Source: Pseudobdellovibrionaceae bacterium
Lineage (GTDB): Bacteria; Bdellovibrionota; Bdellovibrionia; Bdellovibrionales; UBA1609
NCBI GenBank assembly: GCA_030591685.1
Contig: JAUVAX010000010.1
Coordinates: 1-64,000 of the forward strand
Direction of reading: 5' to 3'
Length of the DNA: 64,000 nucleotides
Positions 31,084 to 40,934 of the stretch are shown piece after piece; the first letter of the stretch is position 1; each line of letters starts with the position of its first letter. The position numbers were made by a program, and so were the translations under genes. The notes under the pieces were generated by a model that worked only from the letters and a program-made list of their open reading frames with translations, was not told the DNA's origin and did no database searches.

Positions 31084-32958
31084 TTAAACGGGGACCGTTA
31101 TAACGTTAACCTCAAGTTCGTCTTCAATTTCGAGAGCTCGCTCTTTTGCTGCAGTGGCATTTCGCCCTGTCCCGAATAAAATATGTTGGTAATCAATAGA
31201 TTTCTTTAGTGTTTGTAAACCTTCAGAGAGACTTCCGGGTAAAATTTTAACAGTTAAAATAAAATCCTGACTGTACGTAGGCGCAATCTGCTGTGAGACC
31301 ACTCGCTGAAGCAACTCGTAGAAAAACCCTTTAGGGTCTTTGTTCTCTTCGGCATGAAAGACAATAAGTTCAAAGGGCTCTTTTGAATTTTTTAAAATAT
31401 ACTTTAAGCTTGAATTAATAAGCCTTCGAGCCCCATTACCACCGGCAGCTAAGACATACTTAGGTAAATCATTAGGTAACTCAGAGCTGGAGGAGTACTT
31501 ACCAATGCCAAGCCTTAAATCATTACGACTCTCAAGGCGGCTCTCTAAAACACCCCACCTAAAGTAAGCCATTAATAAAATTGTGCCTGAGAGTAAGGTG
31601 ATTAACATTAATAAGACTTCGTCTTTTGCATGACTTAAAATCACAAGTGTGCTGAATCCTAAAACAATACCAGAAATTAATGGAACAACCGGGATAACAA
31701 AGTTCTTAATCTTAAATACTTTTTTAGTTAAAAACTCCGAGGGGAGGTCTCGCCGCATGGGGCGGTTTCGCATAAGCACCACCCCGACACAAAAACTCAC
31801 CATAACTCCTAAAAAGGCAATTTCATAAACTTTGGCTGCGATTTCGACTTCTCCGGCAACAAGTGCTGACATGGTCATCGCAATAAACATAAAAGGGATG
31901 GCGATAAACGGGTACCCCTGTAAACTAGGGAACTTATGTGCAAGCCTATAGAGCAGAGTCTGCGGTAAGTTCCCCTGTTTGGCCATTGTGGTGGCCAGTC
32001 CAATAAAGCCCACAAAAGCCGTGTTTGTGGCCGCAAATAAAGTAAGGGTGGCATCAATAACAATAAGTGTGCGTAAAGAGGTGCCTCCAAGTAGGTAAGA
32101 GAGCTCCGAGAGGAGAGTTTCAGTATGCGCCTCCACAGTAGATTGAGGGAGTAGTATTAAACATAAGAAAGAAATAGCCGGAGCCGTAATAGAGACTAAA
32201 ATAACAACAGTCTTATAAAGTTTTTTTACGGTGTGTAGGGTTGGGGTTTCCAGTTCTTCAACGATTTGCGCGGCCGACTCAAACCCAGTAATACCTAAAA
32301 AGGCAGCAGCAAATCCGTACATCAACATGGCGAGAGTAAGCTCACCGTTGGGTTTAATATTATTCAACTTTGAAAAATCAAGGTCACCAAAATTAATAAG
32401 TAGGTATAAAAAACCCCATATGGCGATAATAATTAAAAAAGCAAAATGTATGGCAGCAATAACAGTTACAATTTTAGCAGGCTCTCTAATGCCTTTGGTG
32501 TTTAAAAGTCCAAATAAAATAATGGGTATAAAAGAGCCAAAAACAATAAATGTCGTCGAGGAGGCCCCTTCAAATAGCGACCCCAGGTAGTAGGCGCCGG
32601 ATAAAGAGCTCACCGCCGCTGTGGCCAGATAGGACACAAAAGTAAGAGCTCCTGCCATAACAGCTGCGCGACGACCAAAGCTTCTTAAGATCATAGAGTA
32701 AGCGCCGCCGTTAAAGGGGCTCAGCGCTAAGCCCTCTTCGTAGGTCATTTTAAACAACCACATCATTAAGCATGTTGTCAGAACAAATACAGGGGCCAAG
32801 TACCCAACGATGGGGTACAGAATGCCTGTGCCATAAAAAACAGAAGTTCCAATGTCGGCACCGACAATACCTGCCGCAATGACCCAGCTCAGTTGGTGTT
32901 TGTTCGCACTCAAGTTAGTGGCTCCTTTATGATTTTTATAAGTATCAAAAAATGCCAC
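31084..32958 (-). CDS. APC-superfamily permease with cytoplasmic C-terminal domain
   Basis: About 12 TMs; GADIGTSVFY, GGAY, TGFESA. Confidence 0.8.
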   Translation of the reverse strand: MAFFDTYKNHKGATNLSANKHQLSWVIAAGIVGADIGTSVFYGTGILYPIVGYLAPVFVLTTCLMMWLFKMTYEEGLALSPFNGGAYSMILRSFGRRAAVMAGALTFVSYLATAAVSSLSGAYYLGSLFEGASSTTFIVFGSFIPIILFGLLNTKGIREPAKIVTVIAAIHFAFLIIIAIWGFLYLLINFGDLDFSKLNNIKPNGELTLAMLMYGFAAAFLGITGFESAAQIVEELETPTLHTVKKLYKTVVILVSITAPAISFLCLILLPQSTVEAHTETLLSELSYLLGGTSLRTLIVIDATLTLFAATNTAFVGFIGLATTMAKQGNLPQTLLYRLAHKFPSLQGYPFIAIPFMFIAMTMSALVAGEVEIAAKVYEIAFLGVMVSFCVGVVLMRNRPMRRDLPSEFLTKKVFKIKNFVIPVVPLISGIVLGFSTLVILSHAKDEVLLMLITLLSGTILLMAYFRWGVLESRLESRNDLRLGIGKYSSSSELPNDLPKYVLAAGGNGARRLINSSLKYILKNSKEPFELIVFHAEENKDPKGFFYELLQRVVSQQIAPTYSQDFILTVKILPGSLSEGLQTLKKSIDYQHILFGTGRNATAAKERALEIEDELEVNVITVPV

Positions 32959-33048
32959 ATAAATGTCTATAATTACATAAATAAATTATTTATTAACGCA
33001 AGAATAAATATTTACAAAGGCCCCTCCTGCCTAAATAATACACAAGCT

Positions 33049-33732
33049 ATGAACTTAAGCTGCCCTCTGTGTGCTGATGAATTTTGTGAGAGTTTTTTCG
33101 TTAAAAATGACCCCCCATTTTTAAGTCAAAAGGTGTTGAGGTATTACAATTGTAAAAACTGCCACCTTGTTTTTCAAGATACAAACTCAAGACTTACCCT
33201 TTTAGAGGAAAAGGCACGTTATGAGACCCATAATAATGACCCCGCAGACACAAGGTACTTAAATTATTTAAATCCCACCTGGAACCTGGGCTTAAGAGCT
33301 ACTTTGGCCCATTATAAAAAAAATGAAATTAAAGTTTTAGATTATGGGTGCGGGGCGGGGCGACCGTTAGAGGTTTTTTGTAAAAAGGAGGGTGTATATG
33401 GGGCGCATTATGACCCCATCTACTCCCCGCAAGCCTCTATCTTTAAAGCCAAGTATTCACTTATATTTTGTATTGAGACCTGTGAGCATTTTTATGAGCC
33501 TTTAATAGAGTTTAAAAAACTAGCTGAGTTAATGTTGGATGGCGGGATGCTTGTGATAAGAACAGGCGTGCTCTCAGGTTTAGAGATGTTCCCTGATTGG
33601 TGGTACCATAGAGACCCAACACATGTTTGTTTTTTTCAAAAAGAAACCTTTGAGTACTTAGCCGATCATTTAAATTTAACATTAGAATTCCCAGAAAAAA
33701 ACACCGTTATATTTAGAAAAACAAAGGTTTAG
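33049..33732 (+). CDS. Class I SAM methyltransferase with N-terminal Zn-binding motif
   Basis: CPLC...CKNC, LDYGCGAG, WWYHRDPTHV. Confidence 0.88.
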   Translation: MNLSCPLCADEFCESFFVKNDPPFLSQKVLRYYNCKNCHLVFQDTNSRLTLLEEKARYETHNNDPADTRYLNYLNPTWNLGLRATLAHYKKNEIKVLDYGCGAGRPLEVFCKKEGVYGAHYDPIYSPQASIFKAKYSLIFCIETCEHFYEPLIEFKKLAELMLDGGMLVIRTGVLSGLEMFPDWWYHRDPTHVCFFQKETFEYLADHLNLTLEFPEKNTVIFRKTKV

Positions 33733-33779
33733 TTCAGATGACCTTATGTTTTACTCAATACAAACGATCATAGGTATCG

Positions 33780-34721
33780 TTATTTTTTAAAGTGATTGTT
33801 GAGGTCTTTTAGGTCTTTAATGGTTTTAATAGTTTCAAAGTCGGCATGGGCCAGTTTATAGTTTCGGGATAAAAATTTAACCCACTGCTTTGTTCGTCGA
33901 AGGGCATAGGACGGGTTGACGAGTTCTTCGCTGAGATCAATAAATTTTGGTATAATATTAGTCCTAAATTCGCCCCACGAGGCGGCGGGGCTTAATGTTA
34001 AGTTGGCTTTGATAGCTTGAGCTAAAAAGGGGTTCGCGTAGGCCCCCCGGCCCAGGGCTACATCTGTGCAGAGGCTTTCTTTGACACATTTGTGGTAGTC
34101 GCTAGTATCCCAAATATCTCCGTTTGCAACTATGGGCAGAGGTGAAATGATGGATTTTATTTTAGCAATATAATGCCAATGAGCGGGGGGGGCGTACCCC
34201 TCAGCCTTTGTGCGGGCGTGGACAGTGACAGATGTGGGTGCGGCCTCTTTTAAACAATGAGCAATTTCATGAACTAATGATTTGTCGTCAAACCCTAGAC
34301 GTATTTTGGCCGTCACGGGGACGGCATTGCTTGTAGCCTTTTTTACTTGAGTGATAATATCAAAAAGTCTTGATGGTTGTTTTAAAATTGCGGCCCCGCC
34401 ATCGTGTCGATTGACAGTTTTTGCCGGGCAGCCAAAGTTCAGATCAATGCCCGGTGCGCCCAATTGAACGGCAAGACTTGCATTTTCACTTAAGGGGCCC
34501 GGTTGGCCACCCAGGAGCTGCACGTATACAGGGGTGCCATATTTAGTAAGCCCATTGTTTTTGAGTTCAGGGCAGTATTTGTAAAAAACCTTGGGAGGAT
34601 TGAGTTTGTCGGTGACCCTAATAAATTCGGTGCACATTTGATCAAAGCCGCCAATTTTTGAAAAAAGCTCTCTGATAACTGGGTCAACAACGCCTTCCAT
34701 AGGGGCTAAGAGGATTTTCAT
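33780..34721 (-). CDS. dusC: tRNA-dihydrouridine synthase
   Basis: LAPMEG, DLNFGCP, VHART, NGDI. Confidence 0.9.
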   Translation of the reverse strand: MKILLAPMEGVVDPVIRELFSKIGGFDQMCTEFIRVTDKLNPPKVFYKYCPELKNNGLTKYGTPVYVQLLGGQPGPLSENASLAVQLGAPGIDLNFGCPAKTVNRHDGGAAILKQPSRLFDIITQVKKATSNAVPVTAKIRLGFDDKSLVHEIAHCLKEAAPTSVTVHARTKAEGYAPPAHWHYIAKIKSIISPLPIVANGDIWDTSDYHKCVKESLCTDVALGRGAYANPFLAQAIKANLTLSPAASWGEFRTNIIPKFIDLSEELVNPSYALRRTKQWVKFLSRNYKLAHADFETIKTIKDLKDLNNHFKK

Positions 34722-35197
34722 TTTTTTACTAAATCTTTTTCAGCGAGTTTACATATGTATGTATATTGAGCCAAGGTGACTGGCTGTATAGAGAGTCGCA
34801 CGCCCGGTTTAATTAATACCATATCACTGAGCTTTTTGTCAGCCTTTAGGGTTTCAAGGGGCAGTAAATGTTTGAATTTTTTTTTATACTTAACCTCAAC
34901 ACAGTTCCACCTAGGATTTTCAGTTGTGGATTTAGGGTCATAATATTTTGAAGTTTTAATAAACTGTGTTGGATCTGGTTGAGCGAGCTGACTCACTATA
35001 GCCAGCCCGGCTACCCCTGGAGGTTTCGCATTAGAGTGATAAAACAGCACATGGTCGCCTACTTTCATGTTTTTCATCATAAAATTGCGAGCTTGGTAGT
35101 TTCTAATGCCATCCCAGAGGGTTGTATTGAGCTTTTTTAAGTCATCAATAGAAAAGGCCTCGGGCTCAGACTTCATTAGCCAATATTTTTTGCTCAT
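34718..35197 (-). CDS. EVE domain protein
   Basis: YWLMKSEP, WDGIRNYQARN, FYHS, RLSIQPV. Confidence 0.93.
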   Translation of the reverse strand: MSKKYWLMKSEPEAFSIDDLKKLNTTLWDGIRNYQARNFMMKNMKVGDHVLFYHSNAKPPGVAGLAIVSQLAQPDPTQFIKTSKYYDPKSTTENPRWNCVEVKYKKKFKHLLPLETLKADKKLSDMVLIKPGVRLSIQPVTLAQYTYICKLAEKDLVKK

Positions 35198-35408
35198 GTA
35201 AAATAACTCCTTTAAGGGCCGTATAGAAGATACATAAATAAATAATTACTGCTTCGCAATAAAGAACGTCATTTTTATAGTTTTTTTAAAGGCTTTAAGG
35301 GAGATCATAGGTATTTACTAAGATGCAGCTCGTAAACAGAGTAATGAACTTAATAATTCTCTTAATGTGGGGTATTTATAAAAATCAACTCTAATCGAGG
35401 TCAATAGT

Positions 35409-36809
35409 ATGCAGTATCGAATAGAAAAAGATTCAATGGGTGAAGTTCAAGTGCCTGCGGGTAAGTATTGGGGGGCTCAAACGCAAAGATCCCTTGAGAA
35501 CTTTAAAATAGGTGGAGATCGGTTTCCGAGAGAAATGATTCGAGCCCTTGGTGTGCTTAAAAAATGCGCAGCGATGACAAATAAGCAACTTGGCCTTTTG
35601 GACTCTAAAAAATCTGAATTTATAGTTAAAGCGGCGGATGAGGTGATACAGGGTCAGTTAGATGAGCATTTCCCCTTAGTTGTTTGGCAGACGGGCAGCG
35701 GGACTCAAACCAATATGAACTCTAATGAGGTGATTGCAAATAGAGCTATTGATATGCAAGGGGGGGTGATTGGAGATAAAAGCATTCACCCCAATGATGA
35801 TGTCAATAAGGCGCAGTCCTCAAATGATACCTTTCCAACGGCTATGCATATCGCAGTGGGGGAGCAGGTCACTCATAAATTGATCCCGAGTCTTAAAAAA
35901 ATAGAGGCAGCCCTTAAGGATAAGCAAAATGAATTTAAAAGCATTGTAAAAATTGGCCGAACTCACGCTATGGATGCGACCCCTCTAACTGTGGGTCAGG
36001 AGTTTTCAGGGTATGTCACGCAGGTCACCCATGGCCTTCGCCGCGTTGAAAAATCCTTAGAGTACGTGTACCCACTAGCTTTAGGGGGCACTGCCGTAGG
36101 CACGGGGCTAAATACTCATACTGAGTTTGCAACACTTTCGACTCAAATGATAGCGGCCGAAACAGGACTACCTTTTATGAGTGCTGAAAACAAATTTGAA
36201 GCCCTTGCGGCCCATGATGCCTTGGTTGAGGTCAGTGGAACCTTAAAAGTATTGGCCTGTAGTTTAATGAAGATTGCTAATGATATTCGTTTTTTAGGCA
36301 GTGGCCCAAGATGTGGCCTTGGAGAATTAATTTTACCCGCAAATGAGCCCGGGAGCTCAATAATGCCAGGTAAGGTCAACCCCACGCAATGTGAGGCCAT
36401 AACAATGGTGTGTGCTCAAGTGATAGGCAATGATATGGCTGTTGCCGTAGGCGGGAGCAGTGGTCACTTTGAGTTAAATGTTTTTAAACCCATGATTGTT
36501 TTTAATGTATTAAACTCTATTCGCTTGATTTCGGATGCCTGTAACTCTTTTACAGATCACTGTATTGTTGGGATTCAGGCAAATAAAAGTAATATTAAAA
36601 AGCATTTAGAAAACTCTTTAATGCTTGTGACCGCACTTAATCCACATATTGGCTATGATAAAGCGGCAAAAATTGCCAAAAATGCCTACGAAAACGGGAC
36701 CACGTTAAAAGAAGAGGCTGTAAATTTAGGGTTTTTAACGGCCGATGAATTTGATGATTTTGTTAAGCCAGAGAACATGACGAGCCCTAACATTAAGTCT
36801 AAAAAATGA
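35409..36809 (+). CDS. fumC: Fumarate hydratase class II
   Basis: [15 protein letters not shown] signature, WQTGSGT. Confidence 0.98.
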   Translation: MQYRIEKDSMGEVQVPAGKYWGAQTQRSLENFKIGGDRFPREMIRALGVLKKCAAMTNKQLGLLDSKKSEFIVKAADEVIQGQLDEHFPLVVWQTGSGTQTNMNSNEVIANRAIDMQGGVIGDKSIHPNDDVNKAQSSNDTFPTAMHIAVGEQVTHKLIPSLKKIEAALKDKQNEFKSIVKIGRTHAMDATPLTVGQEFSGYVTQVTHGLRRVEKSLEYVYPLALGGTAVGTGLNTHTEFATLSTQMIAAETGLPFMSAENKFEALAAHDALVEVSGTLKVLACSLMKIANDIRFLGSGPRCGLGELILPANEPGSSIMPGKVNPTQCEAITMVCAQVIGNDMAVAVGGSSGHFELNVFKPMIVFNVLNSIRLISDACNSFTDHCIVGIQANKSNIKKHLENSLMLVTALNPHIGYDKAAKIAKNAYENGTTLKEEAVNLGFLTADEFDDFVKPENMTSPNIKSKK

Positions 36810-37345
36810 AAAGTGTTTGTGTATTTTGCAGCTCAAGTGATCAGTTGAGCCCGTTTTTTTTTGAAGAAGTAGGAAAGCTGGGCCGAGTTCTTGCTGAGAA
36901 TAAATATAAAATTATTTATGGTGGTGCCAACTGCGGGTTAATGGGCCGGTTAGCTGATGAGGCCTTAAAAACAGGGGGTCTTGTTCAAGGCATTATGCCT
37001 AATATATTTGAAAAATCGGTAACCCATAACGGATTATCAGAGCTAAAGACGGTCGCTGATATGAGTGAGCGAAAACAGCATATGTTAGATCAATCAGATG
37101 CCTTTATAGTTTTCCCCGGGGGGATTGGCACCCTCGACGAGGCCATTGAAATGATTTGTTACAAGCAAATTAATACCCACAGTAAGCCTATTTTATTTGT
37201 AAATTATTTAAACTTTTGGGACCCATTTTTTGAAATGTTAGACCTGTTTAAAGATCAACATATGATTTCCGGTCCATTGTCTGATTATTATCATGTTGTA
37301 GACACTTCAGAGGAAGTTGTGGGATACTTAAGCCAGAACCTTTAA
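36806..37345 (+). CDS. LOG family nucleotide phosphoribohydrolase (TIGR00730-like)
   Basis: [24 protein letters not shown]. Confidence 0.92.
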   Translation: MKSVCVFCSSSDQLSPFFFEEVGKLGRVLAENKYKIIYGGANCGLMGRLADEALKTGGLVQGIMPNIFEKSVTHNGLSELKTVADMSERKQHMLDQSDAFIVFPGGIGTLDEAIEMICYKQINTHSKPILFVNYLNFWDPFFEMLDLFKDQHMISGPLSDYYHVVDTSEEVVGYLSQNL

Positions 37346-37354
37346 AGGATATTA

Positions 37355-38245
37355 ATGGCTAACCTAGAGAGTCTTACCCCTAAATTAAGCTGGCTTAAAA
37401 GTGAGGACGTTCGCCCCTTTCTTTTAATTAGAAAAGACAGTCGATTAAAAAAACCAGGGCAGTATTTTGACTTAAACGAGTTCTCCAAAGAGCCGTTGTT
37501 TATGGATCCTTTAAGGATGGGGGATGTTTACTTTTCTAATGCTTTGTTAAATATGGAGTCACGAGCCTTTCAAAATTCAGATATGCCAATGCCTCGTTGG
37601 GTTTTTTTTGATTGCGCCGTGATGCCGGGGTTTATTTCGGGGTTTGCTATTCGAACAAAAATGTTACCGCAGTCTATTGTTCAACTTATAGGGTATGAAA
37701 ATTTAATTGGTGATTGGACCCCTGTCTCGATGTTTATAGTGATCCCAACGATGGTTCAAGGGGAGTGGGTGGCCCATAATTTAAGCTCTATAAACTCATT
37801 AATACCTGAAGATGACCGCCTGTATGGGCTAGGTTTTTTGTCAAAGGCTTTTGGATTAGCCTATGCAAATATTCAGGTGTGTTGTGGGATGACGCAGTGG
37901 GGGAGCCCGGCTCTTCGGCTGCACTCGCATTACGGGGAAATCGAAGTTGTGACGGCTTATACCCCGGGTCACACATACGCAAGTACGTTAACGTATCGAT
38001 TGCAGGTGAACACTAAGCAGTGGTCCCGGTTTTTTACGAAAAGCAGTAGTGAAGAGTTTGCAAATAGGTTTGACCCCGCCGGGTTTTCAATAGATCCTAC
38101 AAGTGAAAGGTCTCAAATTGCTTTTCAAGAAAAACTTGAAAAAAAATTCGGACCATTTTATTTAAGAGCCTCTGAAATTAGAAGCCAGCCCTTGAATAAA
38201 CCGCTGACCGTTTATAAGAAAAAACAAGAAGGAAACATAACATGA
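37355..38245 (+). CDS. Hypothetical protein (possible GNAT-like fold)
   Basis: Long ORF inside the operon, AAGGA RBS; LYGLG motif. Confidence 0.7.
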   Translation: MANLESLTPKLSWLKSEDVRPFLLIRKDSRLKKPGQYFDLNEFSKEPLFMDPLRMGDVYFSNALLNMESRAFQNSDMPMPRWVFFDCAVMPGFISGFAIRTKMLPQSIVQLIGYENLIGDWTPVSMFIVIPTMVQGEWVAHNLSSINSLIPEDDRLYGLGFLSKAFGLAYANIQVCCGMTQWGSPALRLHSHYGEIEVVTAYTPGHTYASTLTYRLQVNTKQWSRFFTKSSSEEFANRFDPAGFSIDPTSERSQIAFQEKLEKKFGPFYLRASEIRSQPLNKPLTVYKKKQEGNIT

Positions 38246-38679
38246 GTGCTGAACAAACTGACGAAAATATTGATCAACTGCCAGCTGTAGCAAAAAATAT
38301 ATATTTACCGTGTAAGAAGTGTGATGAGAACCGATATCACCGAGTGCTTGCGCATAAGTCAAAAAATTCAGCAAAGCTTGAGTGCGAAATTTGTTCGGGT
38401 AAAAAAACTTTCACCTTAAAAAAAGCGCGTAAAAAGGCGACAGGAGCCAAAAAGAAAACCGCAACAAAAAGAGTTAAAAAAAATTCGTTTGCCGCACTAT
38501 TAACTGATATAGGTACCGAAGGCACTGTGCCCTATAGTATGAAATCTAAATTTGATGAAAAAGCAGCTATTGACCACAGTAAATTTGGCCTCGGCTTTGT
38601 TACAGAGTCTACGGCTTTAAAGGTTCAGGTTGTTTTTGAAGACGCCACTCGTGAACTTGTTCACAATAGAGGCAACTAA
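38242..38679 (+). CDS. Zn-ribbon + basic linker + Tudor-like (PcrA C-terminal-like) protein
   Basis: CKKC...CEIC; HSKFGLGFV...KVQVVFED. Confidence 0.65.
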   Translation: MSAEQTDENIDQLPAVAKNIYLPCKKCDENRYHRVLAHKSKNSAKLECEICSGKKTFTLKKARKKATGAKKKTATKRVKKNSFAALLTDIGTEGTVPYSMKSKFDEKAAIDHSKFGLGFVTESTALKVQVVFEDATRELVHNRGN

Positions 38680-38691
38680 AGGCACTTATTT

Positions 38692-39474
38692 TTGGATATT
38701 AATTTATATGTTTTATTACTTGGCTTAGCCATTGGTTTAATCTCTGGTTTTTTAGGCTTAGGTGGAGGGATTTTAATAGTCCCACTTTTGCCGATGGTGT
38801 CAGGGATGGGGCACCATGAAATTATTGGAACCTCTTTATTTACAATACTTATTGTTGTTTCAAATAATACCTTTCATTTTTTCAAGGCGAGATTAGTCAA
38901 TTGGAATATTGCTTTGGTGATGGGCCCTATTACGGGAGTGTTCTCTTTTTTATTGGCTCGTTTAGGGCTCACTTTAAACCCTACAGATTTAAAAATCATT
39001 TTAGTTGTGCTCTACTTTGCTTTAGCTTTATGGACGCTTTTAAGAACGCAGCCTAAAAAAAATGAGCCTCGGAGCCCATTAACCACCTCAAGATTTACTT
39101 TTTTAATATTAGCAGCAGGCTTGGCAGGAGCTCTGAGTGGGTTGACGGGCATTGGGTCGGGGATGATTTTAGGGGCGGTGCTATTAAACCTCAAAGTTAT
39201 AGACAATGCGAAGCTCGCACCCACTTCAAATGCAATTATGGTTTTTACTTGCTTGTCCGGTGTGATCGCTTATGCGCAAGGAGGCTTTAGTTACGATGAG
39301 CTTTTATTAGGGAAGATTCATTTAAAAGAAGCCTCTATGTTGAGTGTTGGCGCTTTTGTTTCGTCGTATTTTGCTCGAAAATGGCAGCATAAATTGTCAG
39401 CACATCGGCGAAAATGGATGCTTGGTGGCTTACTTGTGGTGTTGGGGTTTAAAGTACTCAGCTCATTACTGTAA
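38692..39474 (+). CDS. TauE/SafE sulfite exporter family protein
   Basis: SGFLGLGGG and SGLTGIGSG repeats; multiple TMs. Confidence 0.88.
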   Translation: MDINLYVLLLGLAIGLISGFLGLGGGILIVPLLPMVSGMGHHEIIGTSLFTILIVVSNNTFHFFKARLVNWNIALVMGPITGVFSFLLARLGLTLNPTDLKIILVVLYFALALWTLLRTQPKKNEPRSPLTTSRFTFLILAAGLAGALSGLTGIGSGMILGAVLLNLKVIDNAKLAPTSNAIMVFTCLSGVIAYAQGGFSYDELLLGKIHLKEASMLSVGAFVSSYFARKWQHKLSAHRRKWMLGGLLVVLGFKVLSSLL

Positions 39475-39609
39475 GTAATATGACGCTCAACCCAATTTTT
39501 AGTGCAAGTTCTCGTAAGTACGGTTGTTTTCTTGCTATAGTTATTAATGTTCATTATATTTTACCTGTTTTAAATTTATAGTTTAATTAAAATATTCATC
39601 TGGGGGGGT

Positions 39610-40284
39610 GTGGTTGTGAGGTTTATTAGTCTAGCGCTATTTTTTGTTTTATTTTCGCAAACTAGTTTTGCGATTGTTTTTAAAAATTTGAGAAATGATC
39701 AGTATGTCCCCCCTCACTGTAAACTAACTAAGCCTGAGTTTTTTAATGTAAACATGCTTGAGGTATTTACGATATCTATAAGGGGGGCCGTTGAACGTGG
39801 TTTTACCTTTGAATACCCAATGAGTCGCGAGAATGCGGCTTTTTTGTTTCGCTCGTTTAAAAATGGAGACATTTACACAAAAAAGTTTATGGATAAAGTA
39901 AATCGCAATTTTGAACTCAAAAGAGATTTTAAAATCATACAGGACCAACACAATTATCGAGGGTTTCACTTTCAATCAGAGGGTGAGGTTCTTGAGATTT
40001 TAGCGCTTACAACAATCCAGAGTAACTTAGATGCTTTAAACTCCAACCTTTTTGTGACAGGGTCTGTAGAGTACTACGGAGATCGCTCTCACGCCCCTAA
40101 AGGGGAGTTAGATGTGTTAATTGCTGATAAAACAAATTGTTTAGCCATCGGGTATGGTGAGGTGAAACTGGGGTTACGTTCTCGCTCAAAGGCTTCAAGG
40201 CAGGTGAGAAGGTTTTCAGAAAACCTGATTTATAGTGGTTTTACTCGTGGGGTCTCTAGCCCGAGCTTTAATTATATGCAGTAA
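39610..40284 (+). CDS. Secreted protein with PD-(D/E)XK nuclease-like motifs
   Basis: Signal peptide (SQTSFA); GEVLE, GELDVLI, GEVKLG, RQVRRF. Confidence 0.65.
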   Translation: MVVRFISLALFFVLFSQTSFAIVFKNLRNDQYVPPHCKLTKPEFFNVNMLEVFTISIRGAVERGFTFEYPMSRENAAFLFRSFKNGDIYTKKFMDKVNRNFELKRDFKIIQDQHNYRGFHFQSEGEVLEILALTTIQSNLDALNSNLFVTGSVEYYGDRSHAPKGELDVLIADKTNCLAIGYGEVKLGLRSRSKASRQVRRFSENLIYSGFTRGVSSPSFNYMQ

Positions 40285-40303
40285 AAAAAATGAGGCCCTT
40301 AAC

Positions 40304-40621
40304 ATGAGCGATGTAGTTGAAAATGCGATCATTAATTGTTTAAAACTTGAGTTTGCCCCATTACACATGGAGGTTTTAAATGAAAGCTTTAAACATCATG
40401 TGCCTAAGGGGTCTGAAACACATTTTTTAGTTATTTTGGTGTCTACGGCTTTTGAGGGCCAAACCTTGATTCAAAAACAAAGGGCTGTTAATTGCTGTTT
40501 AGAGACTTTTTTAGGTCCTAAGGGGCCTGTCCATGCCCTGTCACAAAAACTATATACCCCACAGCAGTGGCAGGCCTTAGAGAATAAAGATTTTAGCACC
40601 CCTAATTGCCAAGGCTGGTAA
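40304..40621 (+). CDS. bolA: BolA family protein
   Basis: NESFKHH, ETHF, FEG, VHALS. Confidence 0.88.
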   Translation: MSDVVENAIINCLKLEFAPLHMEVLNESFKHHVPKGSETHFLVILVSTAFEGQTLIQKQRAVNCCLETFLGPKGPVHALSQKLYTPQQWQALENKDFSTPNCQGW

Positions 40622-40634
40622 ATTATTATTTATC

Positions 40635-40826
40635 TTATGATAAGTCGGCAAGCTGTTGCTTGAGTTTACTAAACGTGGACTCGTTAGCGGTGCATTTGTC
40701 TTGAACTTTTTTATCAAACTCTTGCTGCAGGGTTTCTGCCTCGGCCTCCATTTGTTCAAAAAGTTGGCCTAGGTCTGAACAAATATTTTTAATATTTTGA
40801 ATAGAACTTTTTTTCTCTCGACTCAT
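40635..40826 (-). CDS. Small coiled-coil hypothetical protein
   Basis: 63-aa helical ORF filling the gap. Confidence 0.5.
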   Translation of the reverse strand: MSREKKSSIQNIKNICSDLGQLFEQMEAEAETLQQEFDKKVQDKCTANESTFSKLKQQLADLS

Positions 40827-40934
40827 GCAAAATATTCTAAATGGAGCTGGGACTTAAAAGCAAGTGTTTAAATAATTAATTTTTTGCCTTTTTTTTAGTA
40901 GTAAGTTATGAGTGTCACTCCCTAGGAGAAAGTA

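Noticed and set aside
34718..37345. EVE and LOG as an anti-phage module
   Set aside because: Divergently oriented, separated by fumC, ordinary stand-alone family members with no effector nuclease or TIR partner
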